Source: an uncultured Planctomycetaceae bacterium (GTDB lineage: Bacteria > Planctomycetota > Planctomycetia > Pirellulales > Thermoguttaceae). Taken from it: a stretch of DNA of 64,000 bases. Positions within the stretch are counted from its first letter, which is position 1. The number at the start of each line of letters is the position of its first letter. Below, one piece after another: positions 26,569 to 35,716 of this stretch. The position numbers and the translations under genes were made by a program. The notes under the pieces are model-generated. The model was not told where the DNA came from. It ran no database searches and saw only the letters and a list, made by a program, of their open reading frames with translations. The stretch spans positions 57,361-121,360 of the forward strand of contig CAZTPX010000008.1 in the NCBI GenBank assembly GCA_964615095.1, written 5' to 3'.

Positions 26569-26659
26569 GGTCGAAACCGAGGTCGAAACTGGGACGCAGC
26601 TAGTATTGACGGCGAAAGTAACTAGCTGCGCCCCAGTTTCGACCCCCCCAGTTTCGACC
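26569..26659. repeat. long imperfect palindrome built from GTCGAAAC/GTTTCGAC units
   Basis: Left arm ggtcgaaaccgaggtcgaaactgggacgcagctagt, 16-nt loop, right arm actagctgcgccccagtttcgacccccccagtttcgacc. A further gtttcgac lies at ~26733. Confidence 0.8.
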
Positions 26660-26829
26660 CCGCTCTTCTTGGCATGACTCGAGTTTACCAAAACGCCGTC
26701 TTCTCTGTCACTACTAGAAACTGCGTGTCCGTTTCGACCCGTGAGGAGATTCCACGTCCGCTTTTGCCGGGCTGTAACCGGTGCAAACAAGCCGCCGGTG
26801 ACTGGGACGAGTTTTATCAACGGCGATTA

Positions 26830-27183
26830 CTAGACTCCCGCAAGTGCCTTAACTCTTGCTAGGCAATATCGGAGCAACGCTGCCACAGGCCCTACTTTCA
26901 CGCTCGAATCCCAACGCTCCGCCTGACTTAGAAGTCGTGCATACCGCAATTCGTTGTCCGAGTCGCCACTTAATCGCCACAAGAACGAGCTGTGCATAAA
27001 TAGCTCGCGCTGAGCATCTCGGTCTCCAATCGCCTCCAGGTAATCCCACATCACTTGGTGACACCAATTGAATATCTTGCCCATTCGTTGGGTGTATGCC
27101 AGGCTGTAACTTCGAGCCAGGTCTTGGCGGTCAAGCTCACTTATGTCGGACAGCCGATCCGATTGCAACAGAGCCTCTTGCAA
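26830..27183 (-). CDS. hypothetical 117-aa helical protein (TTG start in track; start uncertain)
   Basis: Track ORF. No family recognised. Contains QRELFMH (R-x4-H). Its 5' end overlaps the out-of-family tail of the truncated ORF6N gene and a 15-bp tandem duplication (27163-27192). Confidence 0.35.
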   Translation of the reverse strand: MQEALLQSDRLSDISELDRQDLARSYSLAYTQRMGKIFNWCHQVMWDYLEAIGDRDAQRELFMHSSFLWRLSGDSDNELRYARLLSQAERWDSSVKVGPVAALLRYCLARVKALAGV

Positions 27184-27458
27184 CAGAGCCTCAATCCGCC
27201 GGATCGTTGCACGGACAGCCGCGCGAGGTGGTCACAATTTGTGACCACCTCCTGCTTCTCGGCCTCGGTCAAGGGAAATCGGAAGTCGCCGGGGAACCGT
27301 TCCGGATTTCGTTTTACGGCCTGGTTGAGCACCTTCGTGGTCGTCCCGTAAAGGTTGGCCAAATCGGCGTCGAGCATCACGCGTTGTCCGCGGATCAGAA
27401 GGATACACGGCTCGATTTGATCCACCAAGACAACTTCTGTTCCTTCCTGCTTGCTCAT
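27141..27458 (-). pseudogene. truncated ORF6N-domain gene (N-terminal ~80 aa conserved, C-terminal half missing)
   Basis: MSKQEGTEVVLVDQIEPCILLIRGQRVMLDADLANLYGTTTKVLNQAVKRNPERFPGDFRFPLTEAEKQEVVTNCDHLARL is ORF6N-like. The expected ...KFS..LPYAFTEHG... continuation is replaced by SVQRSGGLRLCCKRLCCNRIGCPT. ATGA overlap with the hsdM stop. Confidence 0.65.
27225..27251. repeat. 27-bp perfect palindrome inside ORF6N-2 (gaggtggtcaca att tgtgaccacctc)
   Basis: 12-bp arms are exact reverse complements. Same TCACA-NNT-TGTGA core as 1067-1095 and 1336-1364. Homology to the ORF6N family ends immediately after it. Confidence 0.9.
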
Positions 27459-29155
27459 CTTCCTGCCCCCGCCAGAACCTTCTTGATCTCGCCCATGATT
27501 TCGATGATCCGCTTCTCTTTGGCCAGGATGCTCTCGACCAATTGTTCGGGCGGCAAATGCTCCAGGGCCTCTTCGGCACTGGGGTTCTTGATGTCGAGAT
27601 TTACCGACAACAGGTTCCCGTCAGCGTCCAGCTTGATGACGTCCGACGCCTTGACCTTCCAGGCCCGACCGTTCTCCTTCCGCTTGCCCCACCATTTCAG
27701 GCAGTCGGCAAACTCCTCGTACTGGATGGGCTTGGTCTTCGTGTAATTCTTGCGGTCGGCGGGCAACGGCTGCTCGTAGTACCAGATGGTCTTGGTCGGC
27801 CCGGAGCAATCGAAGAAGAGCAGGTTCGTGGGGATCGACGTGTACGGGGCAAAGACGCCGTTGGGCAGGCGAACGATCGTGTGCAAGTTGAATTCCGTCA
27901 GAAGCTCGTGCTTGATGCGGGCGCAGACGCCGTCGCCGAAGAGCGTGCCGTTGGGAACGACTACCGCGGCGCGGCCGCCAGGAAGAAGGCCCTCACCCCC
28001 GGCCCCTCTCCCAGTGGGAGAGGGGAGAGAGTTGGCGGCCCCTCTCCCGGAAGGCGAAGGGAGCAATGCGCCCTCACCCCCTGCCCCTCTCCCGAGTACG
28101 GGCGAGGGGAGTTGGTCGCCGGGGCGACGCAACTTGCGCATGATGAGTTGCAGGAAGAGCAAGGCCGTTTCCGAAGTCTGCTTGTCGGCCGGGAAATTCG
28201 TGCGGATGCCGGCCTCCTCCTCGCCGCCAAAGGGCGGATTGGTCAAGATCACGTCCACGCGGTCGCGCTTGCCGATCTCCGTCAATTTTCCGGAGAGGCT
28301 GTTGCCGTAGGCAATCTGCGGCGACTTCAGCCCGTGCAGCAACAGATTCATCTGCGCCAGCATGTAGGGCAGCGGCTTGGCCTCGCCGCCGAAGATGCTC
28401 TTCTCCTGCAAGAGCTTCATGTCCTGCACGGTCTTGCATTGCTTTTCCAGGTGGCCGTAGGATTCGGACAAGAACCCGCCCGTGCCGCAGGCAGGGTCTA
28501 ACAATACCTCGCCAAGCCGTGGATCGGTGACCTCGACCATGAAGCGGACGACCGGCCGGGGCGTGTAGAACTCGCCGGAATCGCCGGCCGTGTCGCGCAT
28601 CTCGCGGAGCATCGATTCGTAGAGATGGCCCAGGGTGTGGATCTCTTCGGCCGCGTTGAAGTGGATGCCGTCGATCAGGTTCACCACGTCGCGGAGCAGG
28701 TAGCCGGAGATCATGCGGTTCTGGATGCCGCGGAAGACGTTGGCGATCACGTCACGGCGGCCGTCGCCGTTCTGTCCCAGCAAGGCCCGCAGGTAGGCGA
28801 ACAGCCCGGCGCCCTTGCTGCCGTCCGGTCGCACGGCCTCGTCGTTATTGATGAACTTGATCAGCTCGTCGCCGGTGATGCCGTCCTTTTTGGCGGCCCA
28901 GTCGCGCCAGCGGTAGGGCGGTTCGATAGCCGTACGGTAGCGCTTGCCGCCGATCGCTGCCCGCGTTTCCTCCACCTGCTCCAGGTCGTCGAGGAATTTC
29001 AAGAACATGATCCAGGTCAGCATCGGCAGGCGGTCGAGGTCGCCGTTGAGGCCCTTGTCTTTGCGCATGATGTCGCGGGCCGACTTGATGAGCGAGCCGA
29101 GTTGCTGGGCCGTGGTCTGGGGTTGGTCGGCCTTCTTGGCTTGTTTCTTGGGCAT
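27455..29155 (-). CDS. hsdM: type I restriction-modification system methyltransferase subunit HsdM
   Basis: The in-frame ATG at 29155 gives MPKKQAKKADQPQTTAQQLGSLIKSARDIMRKDKGLNGDLDRLPMLTWIMFLKFLDD (HsdM N-domain). Also LDPACGTGGFL (SAM motif I) and ILTNPPFGG (motif IV). Contains a ~48-aa repeat-derived insert. Confidence 0.9.
   Translation of the reverse strand: MPKKQAKKADQPQTTAQQLGSLIKSARDIMRKDKGLNGDLDRLPMLTWIMFLKFLDDLEQVEETRAAIGGKRYRTAIEPPYRWRDWAAKKDGITGDELIKFINNDEAVRPDGSKGAGLFAYLRALLGQNGDGRRDVIANVFRGIQNRMISGYLLRDVVNLIDGIHFNAAEEIHTLGHLYESMLREMRDTAGDSGEFYTPRPVVRFMVEVTDPRLGEVLLDPACGTGGFLSESYGHLEKQCKTVQDMKLLQEKSIFGGEAKPLPYMLAQMNLLLHGLKSPQIAYGNSLSGKLTEIGKRDRVDVILTNPPFGGEEEAGIRTNFPADKQTSETALLFLQLIMRKLRRPGDQLPSPVLGRGAGGEGALLPSPSGRGAANSLPSPTGRGAGGEGLLPGGRAAVVVPNGTLFGDGVCARIKHELLTEFNLHTIVRLPNGVFAPYTSIPTNLLFFDCSGPTKTIWYYEQPLPADRKNYTKTKPIQYEEFADCLKWWGKRKENGRAWKVKASDVIKLDADGNLLSVNLDIKNPSAEEALEHLPPEQLVESILAKEKRIIEIMGEIKKVLAGAGR
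27983..28128. repeat. three tandem REP-like palindromic units inserted in frame in hsdM
   Basis: Units ccctcacccccggcccctctccc-agtg-ggagagggg, cccctctcccggaaggcgaagggag and ccctcaccccctgcccctctcccgagtacgggcgagggg. Translated as ...PSPVLGRGAGGEGALLPSPSGRGAANSLPSPTGRGAGGEGLLP... between LIMRKLRR and GGRAAVVVPNG. Confidence 0.8.
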
Positions 29156-29302
29156 AGTGTGGTCTAAAGGATTCAGTCTAATCGCAAACTGGAAACGCTC
29201 CACCGACGCGGGGTCGGTGGGGACGGGATGTGGTTGCGCACGCTGGTAGTGGTCAAACATCGTTCCGCCGCCACAGGGGCGGCGGGGGCATTAATAGGTA
29301 AA

Positions 29303-31687
29303 TCACGCCGCAGCATACAACAATGTCTGCAATTCGGCAATCGCCGCGCGCAGCTTATCGACGCCGCCGAACTTGTCCGCGATCTCCAGCACGTTGCCAT
29401 GCTCGGACAACGGAGGGACTTCCAAAATCTCGGGAATCACGAACTGTGCCGTCCCGTGCTGCGTGTACTTCTCCAAAAGCTCTTCCAAGATACTCCTGGC
29501 TTCGGGCGCGTACTTGTCGAAAAAGTCCTTGCGGTCCTTCTTCAAGCGGTCGGCCCGTTCGCGGCGGGTGCGGAGGGGCGCGTTGAAGGCAACATGGCAG
29601 AGCAGATCGAAGGGGTCGGCCTCGGGCTGGTTGGCCGCCTCGGCCAGTTCGTCGAACTCGATACCCCGCTCCGCCAAGGACTCGATGATCTCGTTGCGGC
29701 AAGCCGGATCGGCCCATTGCTTCCGCAACTCGGCTGCATTGGGGAAGAGCGTACGCACCTTCGAGGCGGTGTAATCCGTGTATTTGACCACCTGAAGCTG
29801 CCGGCCGTTGGGGTCCAACTCGTAAACCAGGTGGGCGGCAATCTCCACCTGCCCACCATCGACATAGAATTTTTCTCGCTTCTGGCCGCCTTCATCCTCG
29901 GGCAAAGCCGGATCGCCGAAAATATCCGGATCATCCTCCGCGCCTTCTTCGGGCTCATCCTGCTCAAGTTCGGTTTCGTCGCCCGCGGGGTTGCCGTCGT
30001 CGTCAATGGCCTGTTCGGTGATTTGGGCCGGATCGCCGTCGAAGGCGGGATCAGCAAAGAGGCGCGTGGATTGGGTGAAGTCGAGGATGTTGAAAAAGTA
30101 CTTGCCGTAATCGTCGCGGAGCCGGGTGCCGCGGCCGATGATCTGCTTGAACTCGACCATCGAGTTGACGACGCGGGCCAGGACGATGTTCTTGCAGGTG
30201 GGGGCATCGACGCCCGTGGTCAGCAATTGCGAGGTCGTGAGGATCACCGGCGACTTGGCGTCGGTCTCCACGTCCTGAAACTTGCTCAGGTGCCCCAGGC
30301 CCACGTCGCCCTCGTCGGAAGTGACCCGGCAGACGTAGTTGGGGTTCTGTTGCACCAGGTCAGCGTTGAGGTTGTTCAGTTCCCGCCGCATGGAATCGGC
30401 GTGTTCCTGGTCCACGCAAAAGACGATGGTCTTGTCCAAGCGGTTGGTCTTTTTCAGGAAGTCGGTAATGCTCCGGGCGATGGCCTTGGTGCGGGCCAGC
30501 AGGGCCACGGCCCGCTCGAAATCCTTGGTCTGGTATTCTTCATCCGGGATTTCCTTGCCGTAGCGGTCCAGTTCGCCCTTGGAGGGACGCCAGCCCGAGG
30601 CATCGTAGGTGGTAATGATCCGATGGACGCGATAGGGGGCCAGGAAGCCGTCGTCGATCCCCTGCCGCAGGCTGTAGGTATAGACCGGGTTGCCGAAGTA
30701 GGCGTAGGTATTGGTGTTCGTGTCGCACTTGGGGGTCGCCGTCAAGCCAAGCTGATAGGCGGGCTGGAAGTACTCGAGGATCTCCCGCCAAGTGCTTTCG
30801 TCGCGGGCGCTGCCGCGATGGCACTCGTCGATGATGATCAGGTCGAAGAAGTCGGGCGGGTACTGGCGGTAAAGGCCGGGCCGGTTGTCGTCCTCGGCAA
30901 TCGCCTGATAGATGGCAAAGTAGATTTCCCGGCCCTTGCTGATCTTGCGGCCGGTGATCTTCCAGCGGGCATCGCCAAAGGGGGCGAAGGTCTTGTCCTT
31001 GGGATCGTCGATGAGGATATTGCGGTCGGCCAGGTAAAGAATCTTGGGGCGGCGGTGTTCGCCCGTGCGGTTCCAGAGGGCGTTCCAAAGTTTCCAGCAG
31101 ATCTGAAAGGCGGTCAGCGTCTTGCCGGTGCCGGTGGCCATCGTCAGCAGGATTCGCGGCGTGCCCATGAGAATAGCTTCGATGACGCGATTGACGGCGA
31201 TTTCCTGGTAATAGCGAAGCTGCCGGCCCGGCTGGTGGTGGCAGGGGGTCAGAAGCTGTTGGGCGGCCTTTTCATCGGGCAGCTTTCGCGACTGGCGGAG
31301 TCGTGCCCAGAGTTCGGCCGGAGAGGGGAAGGCGTCGATCTTGCGTTCGATGCCGCTGAGGAAGTCGAACTCGATGATCTCCTTGCCGTTGGTGGCGTAG
31401 GCGAACTTGAGGTCGAGGATTTCAGCGTACTGTTTGGCCTGCTGGAGTCCTTCGCCAGCCGTCCTGTAGCTGGCCTTGGCCTCGACCACGGCGATGGGGA
31501 AATCGCGGGTATAGCGGAGGCGGTAATCCGCCCGTTTTTGTTTTAGCCGCCGGATCCTCTTTGCCGTGGGCACGATCCGGCCGTCAGTGAAGGAATGCTG
31601 CTCTTGGATCTGGTCGTCGCTCCAGCCGGCGCCGTAGAGCTTCGGCAGTACATAGACGCGACAGGTATCGGCTTCGGTCTCGGGCAT
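29303..31687 (-). CDS. hsdR: type I restriction enzyme R subunit HsdR (EcoEI-like with conserved C-terminal domain)
   Basis: N-terminal nuclease region ADYRLRYTRDFPIAVVEAKA. Helicase motifs LLTMATGTGKT, IIIDECHRGS, GLTATPK and QIIGRGTRL. C-terminal EcoEI-R-type tail. Confidence 0.9.
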   Translation of the reverse strand: MPETEADTCRVYVLPKLYGAGWSDDQIQEQHSFTDGRIVPTAKRIRRLKQKRADYRLRYTRDFPIAVVEAKASYRTAGEGLQQAKQYAEILDLKFAYATNGKEIIEFDFLSGIERKIDAFPSPAELWARLRQSRKLPDEKAAQQLLTPCHHQPGRQLRYYQEIAVNRVIEAILMGTPRILLTMATGTGKTLTAFQICWKLWNALWNRTGEHRRPKILYLADRNILIDDPKDKTFAPFGDARWKITGRKISKGREIYFAIYQAIAEDDNRPGLYRQYPPDFFDLIIIDECHRGSARDESTWREILEYFQPAYQLGLTATPKCDTNTNTYAYFGNPVYTYSLRQGIDDGFLAPYRVHRIITTYDASGWRPSKGELDRYGKEIPDEEYQTKDFERAVALLARTKAIARSITDFLKKTNRLDKTIVFCVDQEHADSMRRELNNLNADLVQQNPNYVCRVTSDEGDVGLGHLSKFQDVETDAKSPVILTTSQLLTTGVDAPTCKNIVLARVVNSMVEFKQIIGRGTRLRDDYGKYFFNILDFTQSTRLFADPAFDGDPAQITEQAIDDDGNPAGDETELEQDEPEEGAEDDPDIFGDPALPEDEGGQKREKFYVDGGQVEIAAHLVYELDPNGRQLQVVKYTDYTASKVRTLFPNAAELRKQWADPACRNEIIESLAERGIEFDELAEAANQPEADPFDLLCHVAFNAPLRTRRERADRLKKDRKDFFDKYAPEARSILEELLEKYTQHGTAQFVIPEILEVPPLSEHGNVLEIADKFGGVDKLRAAIAELQTLLYAAA

Positions 31688-31717
31688 GCGTATTCTGGGC
31701 GCGCTGAAAGCTGTGTC

Positions 31718-31739
31718 GCGTGGGTCTCGTACCTCGACC
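31718..31739. repeat. inverted copy of a 22-nt REP segment (gcgtgggtctcgtacctcgacc)
   Basis: Reverse complement differs by 1 nt from 24591-24612. Confidence 0.7.
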
Positions 31740-31918
31740 GACTACAACTTGGCTCCTCAATCGGGAGGCCGCACCAAAACCCCGATTCTACCTCCGCCAG
31801 GGGCTGGTTGCAAGCACACGGACGGCTGGTCCGGGAGTGGATAAGGATCTGGGCTTTGAGCAGCAGGATCTGCGCCCCGCTGGCCTCGTTCTTGGTCGGC
31901 CACTGGGTTTTTCGTTTC

Positions 31919-34894
31919 TTACCTCTCGAAGCCGAACTCCACTTCGTTGGCCCAGTGGGTATACCAGTCGTTGTGGAAGGCCAGGCAGTTGTCTTTCGAC
32001 ACGCTGCGACCGGCGGCCAATTCCAGGGCGCCGGGGCCGTTGTTGACGCGGAATGAGAACTTCACCGTCTGCCCGGCATCGAGCCGCATCTTGACCTCCG
32101 GGATCTCAGTCCAGGGAATCGCGCATTCGACCACGTTGCCGTTGACCGCGAGTTTCGCATCGCCCTTGACTGGGCCGCCGTCGATGGGGGCCTTGGGTTG
32201 CCGCGGATAGAAGTGCTTCCGCGGCGCGCCGGGCCGGAGCAGACAGAATATCTCCGTGCCGCCGCCATAGGCCTCGCCCACCTTGTTCAAGGCAAATTCA
32301 TAGTCGGTGTCCGGATAGGCACAGAACCGCGGCATGGTGCCCGCCGGGAAAGGCAGCATGGCCTTCCTCTCCGGCGGCAACACGTTGAAAGCGATCTGCA
32401 CGTTGTGCTTGCCGTTGCCCGAGGGGATCTCGAAATCCTTGCGGTAGGAATAGCGGCGAACGCCCGCCGGCCAGGTCAATTCCTTTCCCCGGCTCTGGAA
32501 TTTCTCGGGATAGAAGTAGTCATCGTCATGGCGGGTCTCGAACCGCGGCATGTCGTCCAACTTCGGCACCGCAGCGGCGAAATAGAAGTTCTTGGCGTCA
32601 TAGGCCAGGTAGGCGGTCACAACGCCGCTGCCCTGGCGGCCGAAATCCTTGAAGGGCAGGTAGGCCTTCTCGGTCATGCTCGTGGCCACACTCTGGGCAG
32701 CGGTCTGCGGAACGACACCTTTCCAGTCGTCGAGGTTCCCGTCGACCGTGATCGTCCGCCTGGCGATGACGTTGGCATGCACCGGTTCCACGTGTTTCAC
32801 TGCGCCGTCGCTGCCGGCATCGAAGTCGGCCGTGAGCCGGTAATTGTTGTCGGCCGCCGCCTGGCCGCCAATCACCCTGGCGGACAATTCCTTCGTCTGA
32901 GCGGCTGCCAACGTCACCGTCTGCTCGCCCGGATCGAGCGAAAGCCCTTCGATCTTCACTGCGAGCTTGCCTTCGATGGGGCGATTGAGCACGTTGGTCA
33001 GCTTGATGCGGACCGCCGGTCGGGCCGAAATCGGGGCCGTCATGTCGCTGGCCACGATCTCCACGGGGTCGACGCCCGAGATCCGTGCGGCGGCAACCGC
33101 CTTGAGCAGTCCGGCGAAAGACCCCGGGCTGCCATCGCTGCGCAGGAAATAGCCCAGGCTGTTCAGCGGCACGATGATCTTGCCGCCGTGCGAGGGCAAG
33201 GGATTGGCGTAGAAATCATAGAGCACGAACTTTCCGCCGCCGTCGTCCAGTTCCATGCGGGCATCCTTGGCCAAGCCCACGGAGCGAAACAGCACGCGGT
33301 TGCGGTCGTAGCTGGCGCTGAGGTCGCCCAGGACCACAAGCGTGCCGTCGTCGGCATCGATCGGGCCGGTCCGTTGGCCGCCGATTTTCTTTGCCAGGCC
33401 GTCGAAGACAAAGACAAACGGCAGGCCGTTCTTGAAGAGGATCTCTTTGAAGGCCCGCTGGCCGAGGAAGTGCTGCGTGGCGGCGATCGCCGCGCCCGGC
33501 GCCCAGACTTGGGCCACGGCGTATTCCTTGTCGCCCAGGCGGGGTTTTTCGGAAGTGAAGACATTGCCGGCGTAAATGCCCGCCGTGCGGTCCTGGCCCA
33601 TGGCCCGCATGGAGGCAATGACCCCCGCCACGCGTTCGTCGGAATTGGCCACCCAGCTCTCGGTGTCCCAGACTTTCACGCGGCCATACGTGCTCTTGCG
33701 GTTCATCCACTTGGGCTCCAAGGCGGCGTCGTTGGCCAGCGGTTGGTAGTGGATGCTGACGAAATCGAGCCAGGGTAGGAAGGTATCAGAGCCATCGCAG
33801 AAGAGCTTGTCGCGGGTGTTGGTGGTGGAGCAGGCGCCGCCGATGAGCACTTGCACGCCAGCTTCTTTGCGGGCCTCGATAACCGCCTGCGCCATCACCG
33901 TGTAGATCTCGCGGAAACGCGGGATATCGGCGCCCCAGCCCGAAATCGACACGCCCTCCCAGGGCTCGTTCCACAGTTCTACGGCGTTGATCGGCCCTTT
34001 CGGCCAGCCGTATTCGCTGATGACCTTCTTGACGTAGCGTTGGAACTCCTGGTCGAAGGAAGGCAGCCATGCCAAGTCTTCCTTGATGCCTTCGATCATC
34101 GTGCCGTCGGGCCGCAGCCACGGCCGCCCCCGTCCGGCGGGCTGCTGCGCTTGGGGAGTGCCGCCGCAGCCCACGGTGAGCATTAGCGTGAGGTCGTTTT
34201 CCATGGCCCAGTCGACGTGGGCGTCGGCGATCGTGTTGTAGCCGCCTTCCACGCGTGCGCCTTTCACGCCCAGTCGCTTGAAGACATTGAACACTTTGGG
34301 CGACATTTCGAAGGGCCAGCCCAGATCCATGGCGTAGGTGGGCAGTCGCTCGCGGCCCGGTTCGGGCGCGACGGCGCGGACGCAGGTGGCGCCGAAGGCC
34401 CGGCCGCGATCGCCGAGTTCCAACACCAGCGCATATCCGCCGAAAACGTTGCCGATCTTCGGCTCGACTTTGACCATGCCCCCGCCGGCCGGCAGATCGA
34501 CATCCTGGGTCGTGGAACCGAAATCGGAGATCTTGAACACGACGGGTTTCCACCAGTCGCCCGGTTTGCCCTTGGTGCCGTATTGGATCACGTGGGCCGC
34601 GAGTGGGCCGTGATAGGGCCGCCCAGGTTTGATGAAGAAAGTGAAAATGACGTCGTTGCCCGGCCAGAGAACATTGGCCCCCAGGCTGCAATCGACCTGT
34701 TGAACCGACCAACCGCGGGCATTGATGCCGAAGGTCTTGGCAAAATCTTCCATGCCGGCGCTAGTGACCATTTGGGCCTGGCTGGTTCGTGACAGGGACG
34801 CCAATATCACGGCCGCCAGGCAGGCAATTTGCGCCGCATAGAGCAAATGGGGTAGATTTAGGCGAGGCGCAGGCAAAGTTCGTAGACGATTCAT
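31919..34894 (-). CDS. large secreted glycoside hydrolase-like protein (clan GH-A-type TIM barrel, CBM9/DOMON-like C-terminal domain)
   Basis: Signal peptide ...LYAAQIACLAAVILASLSRTSQAQ. VELWNEPWEG (NEP acid/base motif of clan GH-A). TVDGNLDDWKGV...AYLAYDAKNFYFAAAV (CBM9-like). Exact GH family not assignable by eye. Confidence 0.55.
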   Translation of the reverse strand: MNRLRTLPAPRLNLPHLLYAAQIACLAAVILASLSRTSQAQMVTSAGMEDFAKTFGINARGWSVQQVDCSLGANVLWPGNDVIFTFFIKPGRPYHGPLAAHVIQYGTKGKPGDWWKPVVFKISDFGSTTQDVDLPAGGGMVKVEPKIGNVFGGYALVLELGDRGRAFGATCVRAVAPEPGRERLPTYAMDLGWPFEMSPKVFNVFKRLGVKGARVEGGYNTIADAHVDWAMENDLTLMLTVGCGGTPQAQQPAGRGRPWLRPDGTMIEGIKEDLAWLPSFDQEFQRYVKKVISEYGWPKGPINAVELWNEPWEGVSISGWGADIPRFREIYTVMAQAVIEARKEAGVQVLIGGACSTTNTRDKLFCDGSDTFLPWLDFVSIHYQPLANDAALEPKWMNRKSTYGRVKVWDTESWVANSDERVAGVIASMRAMGQDRTAGIYAGNVFTSEKPRLGDKEYAVAQVWAPGAAIAATQHFLGQRAFKEILFKNGLPFVFVFDGLAKKIGGQRTGPIDADDGTLVVLGDLSASYDRNRVLFRSVGLAKDARMELDDGGGKFVLYDFYANPLPSHGGKIIVPLNSLGYFLRSDGSPGSFAGLLKAVAAARISGVDPVEIVASDMTAPISARPAVRIKLTNVLNRPIEGKLAVKIEGLSLDPGEQTVTLAAAQTKELSARVIGGQAAADNNYRLTADFDAGSDGAVKHVEPVHANVIARRTITVDGNLDDWKGVVPQTAAQSVATSMTEKAYLPFKDFGRQGSGVVTAYLAYDAKNFYFAAAVPKLDDMPRFETRHDDDYFYPEKFQSRGKELTWPAGVRRYSYRKDFEIPSGNGKHNVQIAFNVLPPERKAMLPFPAGTMPRFCAYPDTDYEFALNKVGEAYGGGTEIFCLLRPGAPRKHFYPRQPKAPIDGGPVKGDAKLAVNGNVVECAIPWTEIPEVKMRLDAGQTVKFSFRVNNGPGALELAAGRSVSKDNCLAFHNDWYTHWANEVEFGFER

Positions 34895-34983
34895 AATCTA
34901 TCCAAGGTCATGGGGAGGCAAGAAAACGACTTCCTGCGATGATAGACAGTCGCCGCCAGAATCGCAAGTATTTTATGCGGGCC

Positions 34984-35460
34984 TTAGCGCGCAGCGACCA
35001 CACGTTGCAAGGGCGAACCCGGCGGAAAAACAAGATCGATCAAGCGCGACCGCCGCAGAGATCTGACCGCCTGCAGGAACTGGTCCAAACTCACCGGTTT
35101 CGTCATGAAACCATCGATGTGCAGATTCTCGGCCTGCAAGACGACGCGATGGACGGCCGAAGCGGTCAAGACCAGTACGGGAATGGTCTGCAGCCGGTCA
35201 TCGCTGCGAAGCTCGGCCAACACCTGCCGGCCGTCTTTCTTGGGCAGCTCCATGTCCAACAAAATCACGTCCGGTTCCGGTGTGCGGGCGAAAACCCCCT
35301 CCCGGCGCAGAAAGCTGAGGGCCTCCTCGCCGTCGCGGACCAGGCTCACCCGGCAGCGGATGTCGTCGCTTTTCAAGGCCTCGATCGTCACCCGCGCATC
35401 GTCGAGGTTGTCTTCGACCAGCAAGATTTCCGGCGGACGTCCAATCGGTGTGCGACTCAT
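34984..35460 (-). CDS. single-domain response regulator (CheY-like receiver)
   Basis: The in-frame ATG at 35460 gives MSRTPIGRPPEILLVEDNLDDARVT...PDVILLDMELPKKDGRQVLAELR...IPVLVLTAS...GFMTKPV. Confidence 0.8.
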   Translation of the reverse strand: MSRTPIGRPPEILLVEDNLDDARVTIEALKSDDIRCRVSLVRDGEEALSFLRREGVFARTPEPDVILLDMELPKKDGRQVLAELRSDDRLQTIPVLVLTASAVHRVVLQAENLHIDGFMTKPVSLDQFLQAVRSLRRSRLIDLVFPPGSPLQRVVAAR

Positions 35461-35570
35461 GCTAAAGTTCCCGCGGCAAGAGATGCCCAGGCCCCTTTCT
35501 ATTCTCATTGTAGCTTGCGGAACGATAAGGGCAACCGGACCCCGGGCATGGGCAGGGGAACGGCAAAGTC

Positions 35571-35639
35571 CTACGTAGAACGGAATTTATTCCGTTGACT
35601 TGCCTATTTCAGGGAACCGGAATGAATTCCGTTCTACGC
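35571..35639. repeat. pair of REP-like palindromes (gtagaacggaatttattccgtt ... aaccggaatgaattccgttctac)
   Basis: Each unit is self-complementary, and the two units are inverted relative to each other. Confidence 0.8.
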
Positions 35640-35716
35640 AGGCGTGCCATAGACAGACTTTGCAGTTCTCCTGGGATCCGGCGCGGCCAGGCTTCGCCTA
35701 ACTCGTTATTCAAACG

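Noticed and set aside
29228-31546. 772-aa plus-strand ORF
   Set aside because: Antisense shadow of hsdR, whose helicase and nuclease motifs are unambiguous. Low-complexity G/L/V/A/R composition.
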